A stretch of 64,000 nucleotides of DNA from a virus: positions 7,344-71,343 of IMG/VR virus record IMGVR_UViG_3300047476_001386; one strand, written 5' to 3'. The first letter of the stretch is position 1, and each line of letters starts with the position of its first letter. Positions 44,639 to 58,452 of the stretch are shown piece after piece. Below the pieces are notes generated by a model that had not been told where the DNA came from, searched no databases, and saw only the letters and a list, made by a program, of their open reading frames with translations. A program made the position numbers and the translations under genes.

Positions 44639-46373
44639 GTTTCTATCCCCTTTTGGTATTGCTACCGTAAAGGATAGGTACCTAGTTCCAGGGGAGGAGT
44701 CTCCCCAAGATGCTTTTGCTAGAGCAGCTAAAGCCTTTGCAGATGATGAGGATCATGCGCAACGCCTTTATGACTACATTAGCAATCTGTGGTTCATGCC
44801 TAGCACTCCAATTCTGTCGAATGGGGGGACTAGTCGTGGACTCCCGATTAGCTGTTTTCTAAACTATGTAGATGACAGCCGTAAAGGAATTACTAATCAT
44901 TACGAAGAAAATGCTTTTCTAAGTTCTGTAGGAGGAGGTATTGGTGGATACTGGGGACGCGTTAGGCCTGTTAGTAGTAAAACTTCTAATGGCTCTGAGT
45001 CTACTGGTGTTATACCTTTCATTAAAGTAGTAGACTCCGAAATGTTAGCTTTCTCTCAGGGAATTACTCGTAGAGGAAGTTACGCCGCCTATCTAGACGT
45101 ATCTCACCCAGAAATTGAGGAATTTCTAGATATTCGTAAGCCTACTGGGGGAGATATTAATAGAAAGTCTACTAATCTTCACCATGCGGTAATTATTCCT
45201 GACAGCTTCATGGAATTAATTAAAAAGGCCGCAGAAATTCCTGGATTTGATGATAGTTGGCCCTTAATTGATCCTAATACTGGTAAAACTGTTAAAACTG
45301 TTCCAGCTAAGGCAATCTGGGCAAAGATTTTAGATAATCGTGTAGAAACTGGAGAACCTTATATTATGTTCTCTGATACGGTTAATAGGTCACTTCCTCA
45401 ATGGCTTAAAGATAAAGGATTAAAAGTCCATCACTCTAATCTCTGCACAGAGATTGTTCTCCCTACTAATGAGGATAGAACTGCTGTATGCTGCTTATCT
45501 AGTGTTAATGTAGAAGAATACGATAGCTGGAAAAATAATAAGAATTTTATTCCAGATATCGTTAGGATGTTAGATAATGTTCTAACTTACTTTATTAAGA
45601 ATGCCCCTCCTGAACTGCATAAGGCAGCATATAGTGCAGCAATGTCGCGGGATATCGGGCTAGGAGCTATGGGACTTCATGCATATCTTCAAAGACACAA
45701 TGTTGCGTTTGAAAGCGTTTTCGCTAAAAAGATCAACAAGGAGATTTATCGTCATATTAAGCAGGAGGCTCTTAGGGCCGACGCTATCCTTTTTGCTGAA
45801 AGGGGTGGAGCACCTGATGCTGCTGGCTACAATCGCCGCTTTTCTCATCTTCTTGCCCCTGCTCCTAATGCTTCTAGTAGTATTATCTGTGGCAATACTA
45901 GCCCTAGCAATGATCTATATACCGCTAATGCATTTGCGCAGAAAACTATGTCCGGAACAGCTTTATTAAAGAATGAGTACTTAGAGCATCTATTACAAGA
46001 ATACGGACAAGATACTGAAGAAGTTTGGAAGAGTATTATTACTAATCAAGGTAGTGTGCAACATCTTGATTTTCTTACTCAACATGATAAAGATGTTTTC
46101 AAAACAGCTAATGAGATAGACCAACGTTGGGTAGTTGAACTGGCTGGAGATAGAGCAGAGGATATTTGTCAATCACAAAGTGTAAATCTTTTTTATCCTC
46201 CTACAGTTTCTAAACTTAAATTGCATCAAGATCATCTTGCTGCATGGGAAAAAGGCATGAAAAGTCTATACTATATTCGTAGTCAAGCAATTAAGCGAGC
46301 AGACAAAATCTCTGTAGAAATTAACAAGAGTGATTTTTCTACAGAAAATGACTGTTTATCCTGTGAAGGGTAA
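44613..46373 (+). CDS. nrdA: class Ia ribonucleotide reductase alpha subunit (no ATP cone)
   Basis: PISCF, SNLCTEI, VCCLSS, APNASSS, SLYY.R, C-terminal CLSCEG. Confidence 0.95.
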   Translation: MNIDYSRDKFLSPFGIATVKDRYLVPGEESPQDAFARAAKAFADDEDHAQRLYDYISNLWFMPSTPILSNGGTSRGLPISCFLNYVDDSRKGITNHYEENAFLSSVGGGIGGYWGRVRPVSSKTSNGSESTGVIPFIKVVDSEMLAFSQGITRRGSYAAYLDVSHPEIEEFLDIRKPTGGDINRKSTNLHHAVIIPDSFMELIKKAAEIPGFDDSWPLIDPNTGKTVKTVPAKAIWAKILDNRVETGEPYIMFSDTVNRSLPQWLKDKGLKVHHSNLCTEIVLPTNEDRTAVCCLSSVNVEEYDSWKNNKNFIPDIVRMLDNVLTYFIKNAPPELHKAAYSAAMSRDIGLGAMGLHAYLQRHNVAFESVFAKKINKEIYRHIKQEALRADAILFAERGGAPDAAGYNRRFSHLLAPAPNASSSIICGNTSPSNDLYTANAFAQKTMSGTALLKNEYLEHLLQEYGQDTEEVWKSIITNQGSVQHLDFLTQHDKDVFKTANEIDQRWVVELAGDRAEDICQSQSVNLFYPPTVSKLKLHQDHLAAWEKGMKSLYYIRSQAIKRADKISVEINKSDFSTENDCLSCEG

Positions 46374-46375
46374 CT

Positions 46376-46965
46376 ATGGACTATCTACAATGTTATATAC
46401 ATTTAATAGACTCTAGGAGCTATAAACCCCTTAATAGAGAGTTAGGGTACGAAATACATCATGTAGTACCTAAGTGTATGGGGGAGAAAACTCTTCCCAT
46501 AACCTAGTCAAATTAACTTATAGGGAACACTTTATAGCCCATAAATTACTGTGTAAAATATTTCCAGACAATAAAAGCCTAAACTATGCTTTTTTATGTA
46601 TGATAAGGGACCCCTATGGGTATAGAAATTTTTCTAGTAGACAAGTAGACAATATAAAAGTATCTTTTTCAAAATTCAGGTCTAAAGAACTTAAGGTAAA
46701 TAATCCTATGTTTACAGAAAAGGCAAGAAAAGTTCATTCAGATAGAATGAAGATAAGTAATCCTACTAGAAATAATCCTTCTTGTAATAGGACTGCTCAG
46801 CCCATAGAAGTATACTATATAAATGGGTCAATAGAAAAATATACTTATGCAAAAGAGCTAACTATAATCAAAAATATACCATATGGTACTGTAAAACACA
46901 TGCTCAAGTATAGTGTTGGTTGCAAAAAACATGGAGTGCTAAAATTGGTACGGTTGGAGAAATAA
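46376..46965 (+). pseudogene. HNH endonuclease broken by a one-base frameshift in a G5 run (46480-46484)
   Basis: frame 1 MDYLQCY...EIHHVVPKCMG stops at 46507; the other frame continues GENSSHNLVKLTYREHFIAH. Confidence 0.8.
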
Positions 46966-47922
46966 ATGTTAACTGAAACGAGAGAATACTATAAACCTTT
47001 TGAGTACCCTTGGGCATTTGAATACTACAAAACCCAGCAACATATGCACTGGCTGCCTAATGAAGTGCCTCTAGCCGATGACCTGAAGGATTTTAGAGAT
47101 AAGCTAGCTCCTGAAAGTCAACTGCTGATTACAAGGCTGTTTCGCTTCTTTACGCAGGCAGATAGTGATGTGGCAGGAGGCTATGCTAGTCACTATCTTC
47201 CGACCTTCAAGCCGCCAGAAATTAGAATGATGCTATCTGCCTTTGCTTCTATGGAAGGTGTACATCAAGAAGCTTACTCTCTACTACTAGAAACTCTTGG
47301 GTTTCCTGATGATGAGTATAAGAAGTTCATGGAAATTAAAGCCATGGCAGAAAAGCATGAGTATCTAAGCCATTTTGGAATGGATACTAAGGAAAATATT
47401 GCTAAGACTCTGGCTATTTATAGCGGATTTACTGAAGGTGTACAACTATTCTCTAGTTTTGCAATCCTTTTGAACTTCCCTAGACATAACCTAATGAAGG
47501 GCATGGGCCAGATTATTACTTGGTCTGTTCGAGATGAGACTCTACACGTAGAAGGTATGAGCCGTCTATTTAGGCAGTATGTTCAAGAAAATCCTGAAAT
47601 ATGGACGGATGAAGTAAAGAAAGAAATCTATAGTGCAGCCGAAAGAACTGTAGAACTAGAAGATGCTTTCATTGATACTTGTTTTGAAAATGCTAGTGTA
47701 CCGGGACTAACGCCGGAAGAAGTAAAAGAGTACATTAGATTTATTGCAGATAGACGACTAGTGGGATTAGGCCTAAAGAAAATCTTTGGTAGCGAGAAAA
47801 ACCCATTAGATTGGTTAGACTATATTCTCAACGGAGTTGAACATACTAACTTCTTTGAAAATAGGTCTACTGAATATGCAAGAGCTTCTACAAGCGGCAC
47901 TTGGTCAGACGTATTTAAGTAA
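46966..47922 (+). CDS. nrdB: ribonucleotide reductase beta subunit
   Basis: FFTQAD, E.VH.EAY, EG..LFSSF, RDETLH, NFFE.R.TEY. Confidence 0.95.
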   Translation: MLTETREYYKPFEYPWAFEYYKTQQHMHWLPNEVPLADDLKDFRDKLAPESQLLITRLFRFFTQADSDVAGGYASHYLPTFKPPEIRMMLSAFASMEGVHQEAYSLLLETLGFPDDEYKKFMEIKAMAEKHEYLSHFGMDTKENIAKTLAIYSGFTEGVQLFSSFAILLNFPRHNLMKGMGQIITWSVRDETLHVEGMSRLFRQYVQENPEIWTDEVKKEIYSAAERTVELEDAFIDTCFENASVPGLTPEEVKEYIRFIADRRLVGLGLKKIFGSEKNPLDWLDYILNGVEHTNFFENRSTEYARASTSGTWSDVFK

Positions 47923-47957
47923 AAATAAACCCCCACAGGAAACTGTGGGGGTTTTTC
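47923..47957. terminator. bidirectional terminator between convergent early and late blocks
   Basis: AAACCCCCACAG-GAAA-CTGTGGGGGTTTTT. Confidence 0.85.
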
Positions 47958-48287
47958 TTATTTAGAAAGTAGTTTAATTACTTCCTTATTTCTTTTATCG
48001 CAAAACTCAACTATAGCTAAAGCATCTTTGAGCTTTCCGTTTGCTTTATCTAAATTGCCCGTTTGGGAGTCTAAGGCTACTGCTAAGTCTCCTACAGTAG
48101 CATTTGGAGGTAACTTAGCTACTCCCTGTACTTCTTTACGAATTTCCTCTGGAATACTTGCAGAACATTCAATTGCTAGAACAGCCAGGCGTTGATTCGT
48201 ACTCGCACAACCCCCGATTGATACTACTGACAAGCTCAGGGTTAAGGCGCTCAGAAGCCCCACTACTCTTTTGTATTGTTGACGCAT
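47958..48287 (-). CDS. outer-membrane spanin (Rz1-like lipoprotein)
   Basis: signal peptide with lipobox-like IGGC; overlaps the i-spanin. Confidence 0.75.
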   Translation of the reverse strand: MRQQYKRVVGLLSALTLSLSVVSIGGCASTNQRLAVLAIECSASIPEEIRKEVQGVAKLPPNATVGDLAVALDSQTGNLDKANGKLKDALAIVEFCDKRNKEVIKLLSK

Positions 48288-48531
48288 TTTTGGTACCTAT
48301 CCCTTCTATAGTAGAATTCCTTTGGCTTGATCTTACTATTACTTTTGTAGAGTCCTTATATAATCCAGCTTCTTGCTGAGCTTTTACTGCGTCCCCTCTA
48401 CTTAGTGCTGCAGCAACTTCAGCCTTTTCTAATTTACTTTCTTTCCATCCGAAGGGATCGTATAAAAAGCCGGCTACTGCTATCACTCCTATAAGTAGTA
48501 ACACAGCAACCCCAATTCTTAAATACATCAT
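48169..48531 (-). CDS. inner-membrane spanin (Rz-like)
   Basis: N-terminal TM segment plus helical periplasmic part; follows the endolysin. Confidence 0.75.
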   Translation of the reverse strand: MMYLRIGVAVLLLIGVIAVAGFLYDPFGWKESKLEKAEVAAALSRGDAVKAQQEAGLYKDSTKVIVRSSQRNSTIEGIGTKNASTIQKSSGASERLNPELVSSINRGLCEYESTPGCSSN

Positions 48532-49046
48532 GCTTCATTCTCCGAAAGCTTACCTGTAGCTTTCACAATATAAGGTTTAACAGAGACAGGTCTATTCATA
48601 TAAAAAGGTCTACGGCCTCCTAGGCATCTAATTTTAGAAATTCTAGTAATAGTTACTGCATCAGATTGATTTCCCCCTAATACATGGTAAGCGGTATCAT
48701 CTTCGGCTATATAGAAGCCAACATGGCCTCCCCCATTCCTAACGAATACTAGCACATCCCCTAAGCCAGGAGTTCCTACTGCCGAACCAAAGTTCATCCA
48801 GTTTCTAGCCCATAGTGGATTTTCAACTACTTCTTTTCCAGCTCGTTTTGCTACTATTGCAGCAAAAAGTCCGCACCAAGGAATACTATCATCTGAATAA
48901 GTTTTTGATAGGCCTACTTCAGCAGCCCAGTCAAGAATAATCTTATTACTTTTAGGTCCTGGAGTTTCTACGGTTCCTAGCAGTTTGATTCCTTCCTTAA
49001 TGGTTTTTGGTAGTGTTACATTAGCTAACCATGCGTATTCACTCAC
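48528..49046 (-). CDS. endolysin, NlpC/P60-CHAP type (TIGR02594-like)
   Basis: D.IPWCGLF...AR.W..FG...GGHVGF...VLGGNQSD. Confidence 0.88.
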   Translation of the reverse strand: MSEYAWLANVTLPKTIKEGIKLLGTVETPGPKSNKIILDWAAEVGLSKTYSDDSIPWCGLFAAIVAKRAGKEVVENPLWARNWMNFGSAVGTPGLGDVLVFVRNGGGHVGFYIAEDDTAYHVLGGNQSDAVTITRISKIRCLGGRRPFYMNRPVSVKPYIVKATGKLSENEA

Positions 49047-49284
49047 TTTTTCCCTTCCATCCAGCGGCTAGTTTAGCGTAGTCTAATACTGATGCACCTG
49101 CTAAATATAGTGTATCAATAATGACCTTCGCCCCTATAAGTGCTAGAGCTATCCATTTAAGTACGTCGTTATCTTCTACTTTTAGGATTATAGTTGTTAA
49201 TGCTGCTGCATAGAAAATAGAGCTAACAAATGTGTACCATCTTCTATAAAACCAGCCTTTTTCTGGTGGAGTTTGATCTTCCAT
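49039..49284 (-). CDS. putative holin
   Basis: 81 aa with two TM segments, directly upstream of the endolysin. Confidence 0.65.
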   Translation of the reverse strand: MEDQTPPEKGWFYRRWYTFVSSIFYAAALTTIILKVEDNDVLKWIALALIGAKVIIDTLYLAGASVLDYAKLAAGWKGKSE

Positions 49285-49290
49285 GGGTTC

Positions 49291-49875
49291 CTATCTAAAC
49301 TTGGGGCCCCCTACCCATGCAACTAAACTTTTTCTAATACCTGAAGTAACTGGGGTTACTCTATGTAGAGTAAAAGAAGGAAAGGCTGTTATTAATCCTT
49401 TTTTCTTTTCTACTTTAACAGGGGTGGCAGAATTAAAAAGTTCTAAATCGCCACCCTCGTACTCAGAAGGGTCACTAAGCTGCATAACTAGGCTAAGTTT
49501 TCTTGGGGGAAGGTCCGATAGCATCTTATCTAAATGCCAATCGTAGTGAGATCCTTCCTCGTCATACACTGTAAATTGAAGGCTCTCATAAAAGCCCCCT
49601 AAGTCAAAATCAAAAAATTCTCCATTTAATTGCCTACAAATATACGCTAGTCTATCATATATGTAGTTTGTTTGTGGTGTATAGTGTATCCAAGCATTTT
49701 TACTATTACGTATAGTTGGAGCAAGTTCTCCTCCTGATATAATAGAATTATTGCTTGGTAAAGAATCCCCTAATTCTATTATATTATTTAATTCTACTTC
49801 TGTAAAACCTCCGTGCCAAAAAGCATGGGTAGTTTCTTTCGTAGCTTTCGAAGGAGAGGGAGATAGTATATACAT
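49291..49875 (-). CDS. 2OG-Fe(II) oxygenase (prolyl-4-hydroxylase-like fold)
   Basis: WHLD...RKLS...YEGG.L...FPS..LHRVTPVTSG.R.SLV.W. Confidence 0.88.
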   Translation of the reverse strand: MYILSPSPSKATKETTHAFWHGGFTEVELNNIIELGDSLPSNNSIISGGELAPTIRNSKNAWIHYTPQTNYIYDRLAYICRQLNGEFFDFDLGGFYESLQFTVYDEEGSHYDWHLDKMLSDLPPRKLSLVMQLSDPSEYEGGDLELFNSATPVKVEKKKGLITAFPSFTLHRVTPVTSGIRKSLVAWVGGPKFR

Positions 49876-49885
49876 TACGTTTCCT

Positions 49886-51300
49886 TTATATTATAGATTG
49901 AAAATGTGTTATTACTTTAGGTAATAAAATTTGATTTACACGAGCTTCTGTAGGATGAAGTCCATCATTATTTATTGTCCAAGCGGCAGCATTAGTGCTC
50001 GTTACAACTAGAGACCCGCTAGAGGTGAAGGTATGGATTGTTTGTCCATTAGCTGTAGTAACATCACCTCCGCTAATAACACAAGATCCTGTAGGATATG
50101 ATAATATGAATATTCCCGAGCCCCCTACACCACCACTAAGCTGTACATTTGGACTTCCAACAGTTCCTCCTCCACCGCCCATACCAGTATTTGGGGTACC
50201 GGGACCCCCTACTTGTTGATCTCCAACTCCACCATTAGGACTTGCTCCTATACCTCCAGGACCTGTTAGTCCTCCACCACCTCCTCCTGGTCCATAATAA
50301 ACACCAGAACCAGAGATTGTTAAGTATAGTCCAGGTCCCCCATTACCACCCATACCAGTACCAAAGAAAGTACTAGCATCGGAGCCAGGGCCACCTGCTC
50401 CACCACCACCTCCGCCTGCGGCGTTTGACTGAGGACTGGTAGAATTTCCTCCTGGGTACCCTGCTGTACCTGCACCTCCATACTTGGTACCACCACCACC
50501 CCCAGCGCCACCTCCATTGGCCCCTGCTTGTGCTGCATATACATAGACTCCACCGCCTCCGCCTCCTAAAGCAGTCATTCCTAGTGCGGTAGTACTTTGA
50601 CCATTACCACCAACTGTAAAGTATCCGTATCCCGCGGTACCCCCGTCTCCTATTACAATATTATAAGTGCCTGGAGCTATAGAATCAAGAGAGCCTGTTA
50701 ATACTTGGCCTCCACCACCCCCTCCACCTGCAGTACCGAGGTAGCCTCCACCACCTCCACCTCCACCTCCACCTACTAATAGGTAAGAAATTCCAGCAGG
50801 AAAACAGTATTGGGTAGAAGCACCGAGTGCAGCTAACCAATCAGCATTTATGTTTAAAAACCGACATCCTTTATTAGACGCAATTGTAGCATCTGAGGCG
50901 TAAAAAGAAGCTAAGTCAGGTCTAAGTGTAGCTCCATCTAACCCCAGAGGGCTCATAGAAGCTAGGGTAATATCTATAGATGGATTATAAGTGCGTAATC
51001 CATCTATAATTGCGTTCATATTAGTGGTATGCCCAGATAAGCCACCAGTAAATAAAGAAGGAGCAGCATCATTAATAGAAAATTCTATGATAGCAGCATT
51101 TGGTTTATGCTGCCCAGCATTAAATATATTTGCTACTCCCCAATCAGATGTTTGACTACCTTTTCCAACATCAAAAACTCTAATAGGCCTATTAACGCTA
51201 GAGGATAAAGCATTTTGAAGTTTAGTAGGCCATCCTCCGGATAGCCTACCTGTTGTTAAACTTGTACCAAAACAAGCAATAGTGTATGGTCTAGGTATAG

Positions 51301-51304
<4 letters not shown>
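49886..51304 (-). CDS. SGNH/GDSL hydrolase with an inserted glycine-rich virion domain
   Basis: FGTSLT, GKGSQTS and EFSIND blocks, a long Gly-rich segment, then DGLHP at the C-terminus. Confidence 0.75.
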
Positions 51305-54434
<3,130 letters not shown>

Positions 54435-54442
54435 ATCAATCC

Positions 54443-54733
54443 TTAACTAGAGTAAACTAGTGCTGTACCAACGTATATTTTAGATACTTGTATATTTCCT
54501 ATATAGAATTTAAGAGGTGTACTGGTTCCCATTCTTATATAGTTTAAGACAGAAGCAATTATTGTTAGCTGATTACTAGCCTGTCCAACTTGCATGAAAA
54601 CATAGTTAGATAAAGCACTAGCAAGTAGGGGCCCTTGAGCAGCACTTCCGTAGAAGTGCTGCTCTTGAACTGGTCCAGCGGTGCCTATATCTCTAACTAA
54701 TACTATAGATCCTCCCCCTACCTGTAAGTCCAT
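54443..54733 (-). CDS. hypothetical tail-associated protein
   Basis: C-terminal YIG..QVSKIYVG..LVY motif. Confidence 0.65.
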   Translation of the reverse strand: MDLQVGGGSIVLVRDIGTAGPVQEQHFYGSAAQGPLLASALSNYVFMQVGQASNQLTIIASVLNYIRMGTSTPLKFYIGNIQVSKIYVGTALVYSS

Positions 54734-54734
54734 A

Positions 54735-56882
54735 TTATGCCACCACTATTTTTGCGTAAAGGGCAACTCCGCCAGGTAGGGAACCTGTTGGAGAAAATCT
54801 ACGTCTAGTTCCAAGCGTGTCGGATCCTAGCCCATTTACCCAAGCTGAACCATCCCAATACTGGAAGTTACCGTTAGTAGACCCAGTGCTAGCTTGTGTT
54901 AGTACTAAAGCATCTGTATCTGCTCTATATATATTTATAGTATGCGTAGTTAAAGCTGCTCCAAATAAAGCTTTTTGAATCCACGCAAAGATACCTGTAG
55001 AAGTTGAGAAGTCAGCATCATTCCATCTATACTGAGATGGCAGATCATCTGTAGTTTCATAAAGAAGGGCTAAAGATAGTACACGAGCAGGAAGCATAAT
55101 TACTCCAGCGGTTCTGAACTGGAATGCAAACTGAATATTTGCCGCGGGTAAAACTCCTGAAATGTCACCTGTTTGAGGAACATCAGCCCAAGCTCCTGTA
55201 TTATCATCGATTCCGGAGGTACGATATTGGATTTTATAAGCGTCCGGGGTCACGCCCATGGTCGCGTCGCCGATGTTTTCCGCGCAGTTGACCATGACGC
55301 GATAGAGCTTGGCGGGCGTGTCTCCAAGGCTGATCTTCGGGCAGATGATGCGGTTGTTCACATCGGCCTGATATTCCCAGTCCGCCGCGAGGGGGTAGAC
55401 GGTCAGCGCGTTGATGTTGGCCGTGATGGCCTGTTGATAAATCCAGAAGAGCCAGCCGTCCTCGACCCAGACAAACGGCGCACCACCGCCCGACGAAGCG
55501 AAGTGGACAAAGATCGGGCTTCCGGGGGCGCGGCTCGCAGACGGAAGTTGAGGGGTCAGGCATCCCGCCCTGCGGTCAAGCTGCTGACCGCCCGTGTAGT
55601 AGTCCGTAACGTAGAGCGTGCCGAAGTTGGTGGCACCGGCGATGACCAGCTTGTCGAGGGAGCCCGCGACGTCCAGCGAGGTGAAGCCGCCCGTGCCCGC
55701 GCTCGTGTTCGCGCCTCCGGGCGGAAGCTCCGTCATCTGGTCGGCAATGAAGGTTGTGCTTCCGCCGATGATGTTAGCCAGCGGGATGCGAAGAATGCGG
55801 GTCAGGGTGAACAGGTAGAGCGAAGGCACGCCTGCGCCAGCACCATGATTGAGCGTCGCCACCCGCCCGTTGTTCGCTTGCGAGAGGTTGCCGCTTACCG
55901 CTTGAGCGCCCGTGATGACAATGTCCGCACCGGTCAGCGTATGAGCGCCCGCAGTCAGGGTGAGTGGCGTCCGGATGTTGTAGCGGTAGAGGATGAGGTT
56001 CGTCGCAGCGCCGTTGCTCGCATAGACAAATTGCTGTGTCCACGAATCCCGGTCGCCTAGGGCGCACCCGCCAATGAGCGTATTGGTGACGGTGGCGGCG
56101 TCCTTGAGCCAGTAGGTCGCCTTGATACGGTCCACTGTGGTCGCCGCCGGAATCGCGGTCGCCGGGTTTTGGAAGTCGGCGAACTGGAGCCCCTTGGTGA
56201 CAAACAGGCCACCGTTGGTCGCGGTCGCATTAGTGTTGGCGTGGATCAGCATCAGGTCCTGGATCACGAATGCCGTGCCCGCCGCGACAGTGCCCGCCGA
56301 AGCGGTCAAGGTCAGAGAGCCATCCGACGCGATGGCCTGAATCTGGTACCACGTGGTGATTTGCGTCGGGTCGGTCGAGCCGAAGCCGATCCGCGAGCCC
56401 ACGCACTGCGTGAGGAAGGCGGTCCCGGTTCCAGTGACAGCGGTTCCAGAGACAGCGATCGTTCCGGTCGTATAGTTTTCGAGGATCACCCGGAAGCCGC
56501 GAACGGTGTGGGTTGTCGCCGTGGGGAAAGTCAGGGTGACAGCGCCCACGAAGGTGTAGCCAGCCGAGCCGAGGCTAGGCTGGAATGTCCAAAGCTGCAC
56601 GCGTCGGGTCGCCGCCGCAGTCGCACCATCCGGGCCGAAGACCCAAAACAGGTCCTCGGTGATTTTGATGGGGTGAACGAATGCGGACGGAATCGCGAGC
56701 GAGGATTCCCCGAAGTTGGCGACGCCAAGCGGAGAGGGACCGATGAACTTGTCCACCTCGCCGCTCCCGAGGTTCCACTGGCCCCCGTGCTTTCCGCGAT
56801 TGATCTTCGTGGCGTCATAAGCACCACCAATTGCTACTTGTGCTAATGACCCATTAAATACTTGTTCAATAGCTACTTTCAT
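54735..56882 (-). CDS. tail-fibre / receptor-binding-like protein with a GC-rich internal segment
   Basis: 715 aa, Thr/Ala/Gly-rich, YTTGTIAVSGTAVTGTGT motif; abrupt GC increase at ~55240-56830. Confidence 0.75.
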   Translation of the reverse strand: MKVAIEQVFNGSLAQVAIGGAYDATKINRGKHGGQWNLGSGEVDKFIGPSPLGVANFGESSLAIPSAFVHPIKITEDLFWVFGPDGATAAATRRVQLWTFQPSLGSAGYTFVGAVTLTFPTATTHTVRGFRVILENYTTGTIAVSGTAVTGTGTAFLTQCVGSRIGFGSTDPTQITTWYQIQAIASDGSLTLTASAGTVAAGTAFVIQDLMLIHANTNATATNGGLFVTKGLQFADFQNPATAIPAATTVDRIKATYWLKDAATVTNTLIGGCALGDRDSWTQQFVYASNGAATNLILYRYNIRTPLTLTAGAHTLTGADIVITGAQAVSGNLSQANNGRVATLNHGAGAGVPSLYLFTLTRILRIPLANIIGGSTTFIADQMTELPPGGANTSAGTGGFTSLDVAGSLDKLVIAGATNFGTLYVTDYYTGGQQLDRRAGCLTPQLPSASRAPGSPIFVHFASSGGGAPFVWVEDGWLFWIYQQAITANINALTVYPLAADWEYQADVNNRIICPKISLGDTPAKLYRVMVNCAENIGDATMGVTPDAYKIQYRTSGIDDNTGAWADVPQTGDISGVLPAANIQFAFQFRTAGVIMLPARVLSLALLYETTDDLPSQYRWNDADFSTSTGIFAWIQKALFGAALTTHTINIYRADTDALVLTQASTGSTNGNFQYWDGSAWVNGLGSDTLGTRRRFSPTGSLPGGVALYAKIVVA

Positions 56883-57056
56883 TTAAAATTCCTCCATTCC
56901 TACCACGGTTCCAGCTAAGAACATACAAGTAGCTTCCTCACAGTCATAACATATGACTTTACATAGTACAAAATCTAAAGGTTGAAAGATACCTCCCACT
57001 ACAACCTCATAAGCAGGGGAAAACACTACAATATCACCAGAACTAATTTCTAACAT
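56883..57056 (-). CDS. small hypothetical protein (57 aa, [10 protein letters not shown]...)
   Basis: open frame filling the gap; overlaps the upstream stop. Confidence 0.55.
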   Translation of the reverse strand: MLEISSGDIVVFSPAYEVVVGGIFQPLDFVLCKVICYDCEEATCMFLAGTVVGMEEF

Positions 57057-58135
57057 TAGATTATCACGTACATAGTATTAGAATACTTAGTAGCTGCGTC
57101 ATACTCTGCTTGACTGCACTGAATTATGTTTACAATATTATCACTTCCGGCTACCGGAGTAGTATTACTACTAATTTTATCACTGGCAGCTATTCTAGCG
57201 TCTATGTTAGCATCACTTTGTGCGGGACCAGTGGCTCCTGTAGGGCCTATAGGACCTGTGGGTCCTGTAGGACCAGAGGGTCCTGTGGGGCCTGTTAGCC
57301 CTGTTGGACCGGCAATACCTGTAGCTCCTATTAGACCATCAGGTCCAGTTGGACCTGTAGGTCCTGTAATACCTGTGGCTCCTTGAACTCCTGTAGGACC
57401 TGTTGGTCCGGCTGGACCTGTTGGCCCCGCTGGACCTGTTGGACCTGTTAACCCCGTTGGGCCTGTAGGTCCTGCTATACCAGTTGCTCCTGCTGGGCCA
57501 GTAGGACCTGCAGGGCCTGCTGGACCTGTTGGACCCGCTGAACCTGTAGGGCCTGCAATACCTGTAGCACCTGTTGGGCCTACGGGACCTGTTGGACCTG
57601 TTGGACCTGTTAATCCTGTTGGACCTGTTGGGCCCGCTACTCCTGTAGCCCCTGTAGGACCTGCAGGACCTGTGGGGCCTGTTAACCCTGTTGGACCTAC
57701 AGTACCTGTGGCACCTGTAGGACCTGCAGCACCCGCTGGGCCAGGAGCCCCTGCCGGACCGTCAATTCCCGTAGCACCTGTTGGACCGCTAAGACCTGTT
57801 GGACCGGCCGGACCTGCTGGTCCACTGGGACCTGCTGGACCACTAGGCCCTATTAATCCCGTAGCACCTTCGGGGCCTGGAGGACCTGAGGGGCCTATAG
57901 CTCCTTCTGGTCCCATAGCTCCAGTAGCTCCTATAGGGCCGCTAGGCCCAGTTAAACCAGTAGGACCTGCAATACCTGTTGCCCCAGTAGCGCCCCCTGG
58001 GGACCCCGCAGGACCTTCTATACCTGTTGCTCCAATAGGACCGGCTGCACCTGCAGGTCCAATAGGACCTGTTGCTCCTGGGGGTCCCGGAGGACCAGCC
58101 CCAATAGAGGTTTGTAATTCTAGATGAATTGTCAT
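57056..58135 (-). CDS. collagen-like protein
   Basis: nearly continuous Gly-X-Y over ~290 aa; C-terminal SQAEYDA..K...TMYVI motif. Confidence 0.85.
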   Translation of the reverse strand: MTIHLELQTSIGAGPPGPPGATGPIGPAGAAGPIGATGIEGPAGSPGGATGATGIAGPTGLTGPSGPIGATGAMGPEGAIGPSGPPGPEGATGLIGPSGPAGPSGPAGPAGPTGLSGPTGATGIDGPAGAPGPAGAAGPTGATGTVGPTGLTGPTGPAGPTGATGVAGPTGPTGLTGPTGPTGPVGPTGATGIAGPTGSAGPTGPAGPAGPTGPAGATGIAGPTGPTGLTGPTGPAGPTGPAGPTGPTGVQGATGITGPTGPTGPDGLIGATGIAGPTGLTGPTGPSGPTGPTGPIGPTGATGPAQSDANIDARIAASDKISSNTTPVAGSDNIVNIIQCSQAEYDAATKYSNTMYVII

Positions 58136-58452
58136 CTGGTCACTCCGGGGGTAACTGTAATTTTACCCTCTAGCACTCTTTCAATTTGAGTAGCATTATA
58201 AAGTTCTATATCATAAAGATATATTCCTGGCTCTATAGTATCAGATACTGTAGCTAAAACAGTTAATAGAAAAGTATTTGTATTTACTACTGATGTAGCA
58301 AATTGAAAATTTGTAGGACCATTAATAGTTTTTCTAGCGTAGCCTCGTATACTATATCCTGTTAAATCCCTAACCTCCTCATTCGTTTTAAAACTAAGTT
58401 TTAACTTAAAATCGGAGCCCTGATCTATAACTAGATTATATTTAGTTGCCAT
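58132..58452 (-). CDS. small virion adaptor-like protein (paralogue of 54105)
   Basis: same motif set as the 54105 protein. Confidence 0.75.
   Translation of the reverse strand: MATKYNLVIDQGSDFKLKLSFKTNEEVRDLTGYSIRGYARKTINGPTNFQFATSVVNTNTFLLTVLATVSDTIEPGIYLYDIELYNATQIERVLEGKITVTPGVTR

Noticed and set aside
33750-46373. Inteins or introns in pol, helicases or nrdA
   Set aside because: Protein lengths and motif spacing look normal; no splice-junction motifs seen
55173-56846. Long plus-strand ORFs (295 and 225 aa)
   Set aside because: Stop-codon scarcity in the high-GC block; Arg-rich, no motifs, antisense to the real gene
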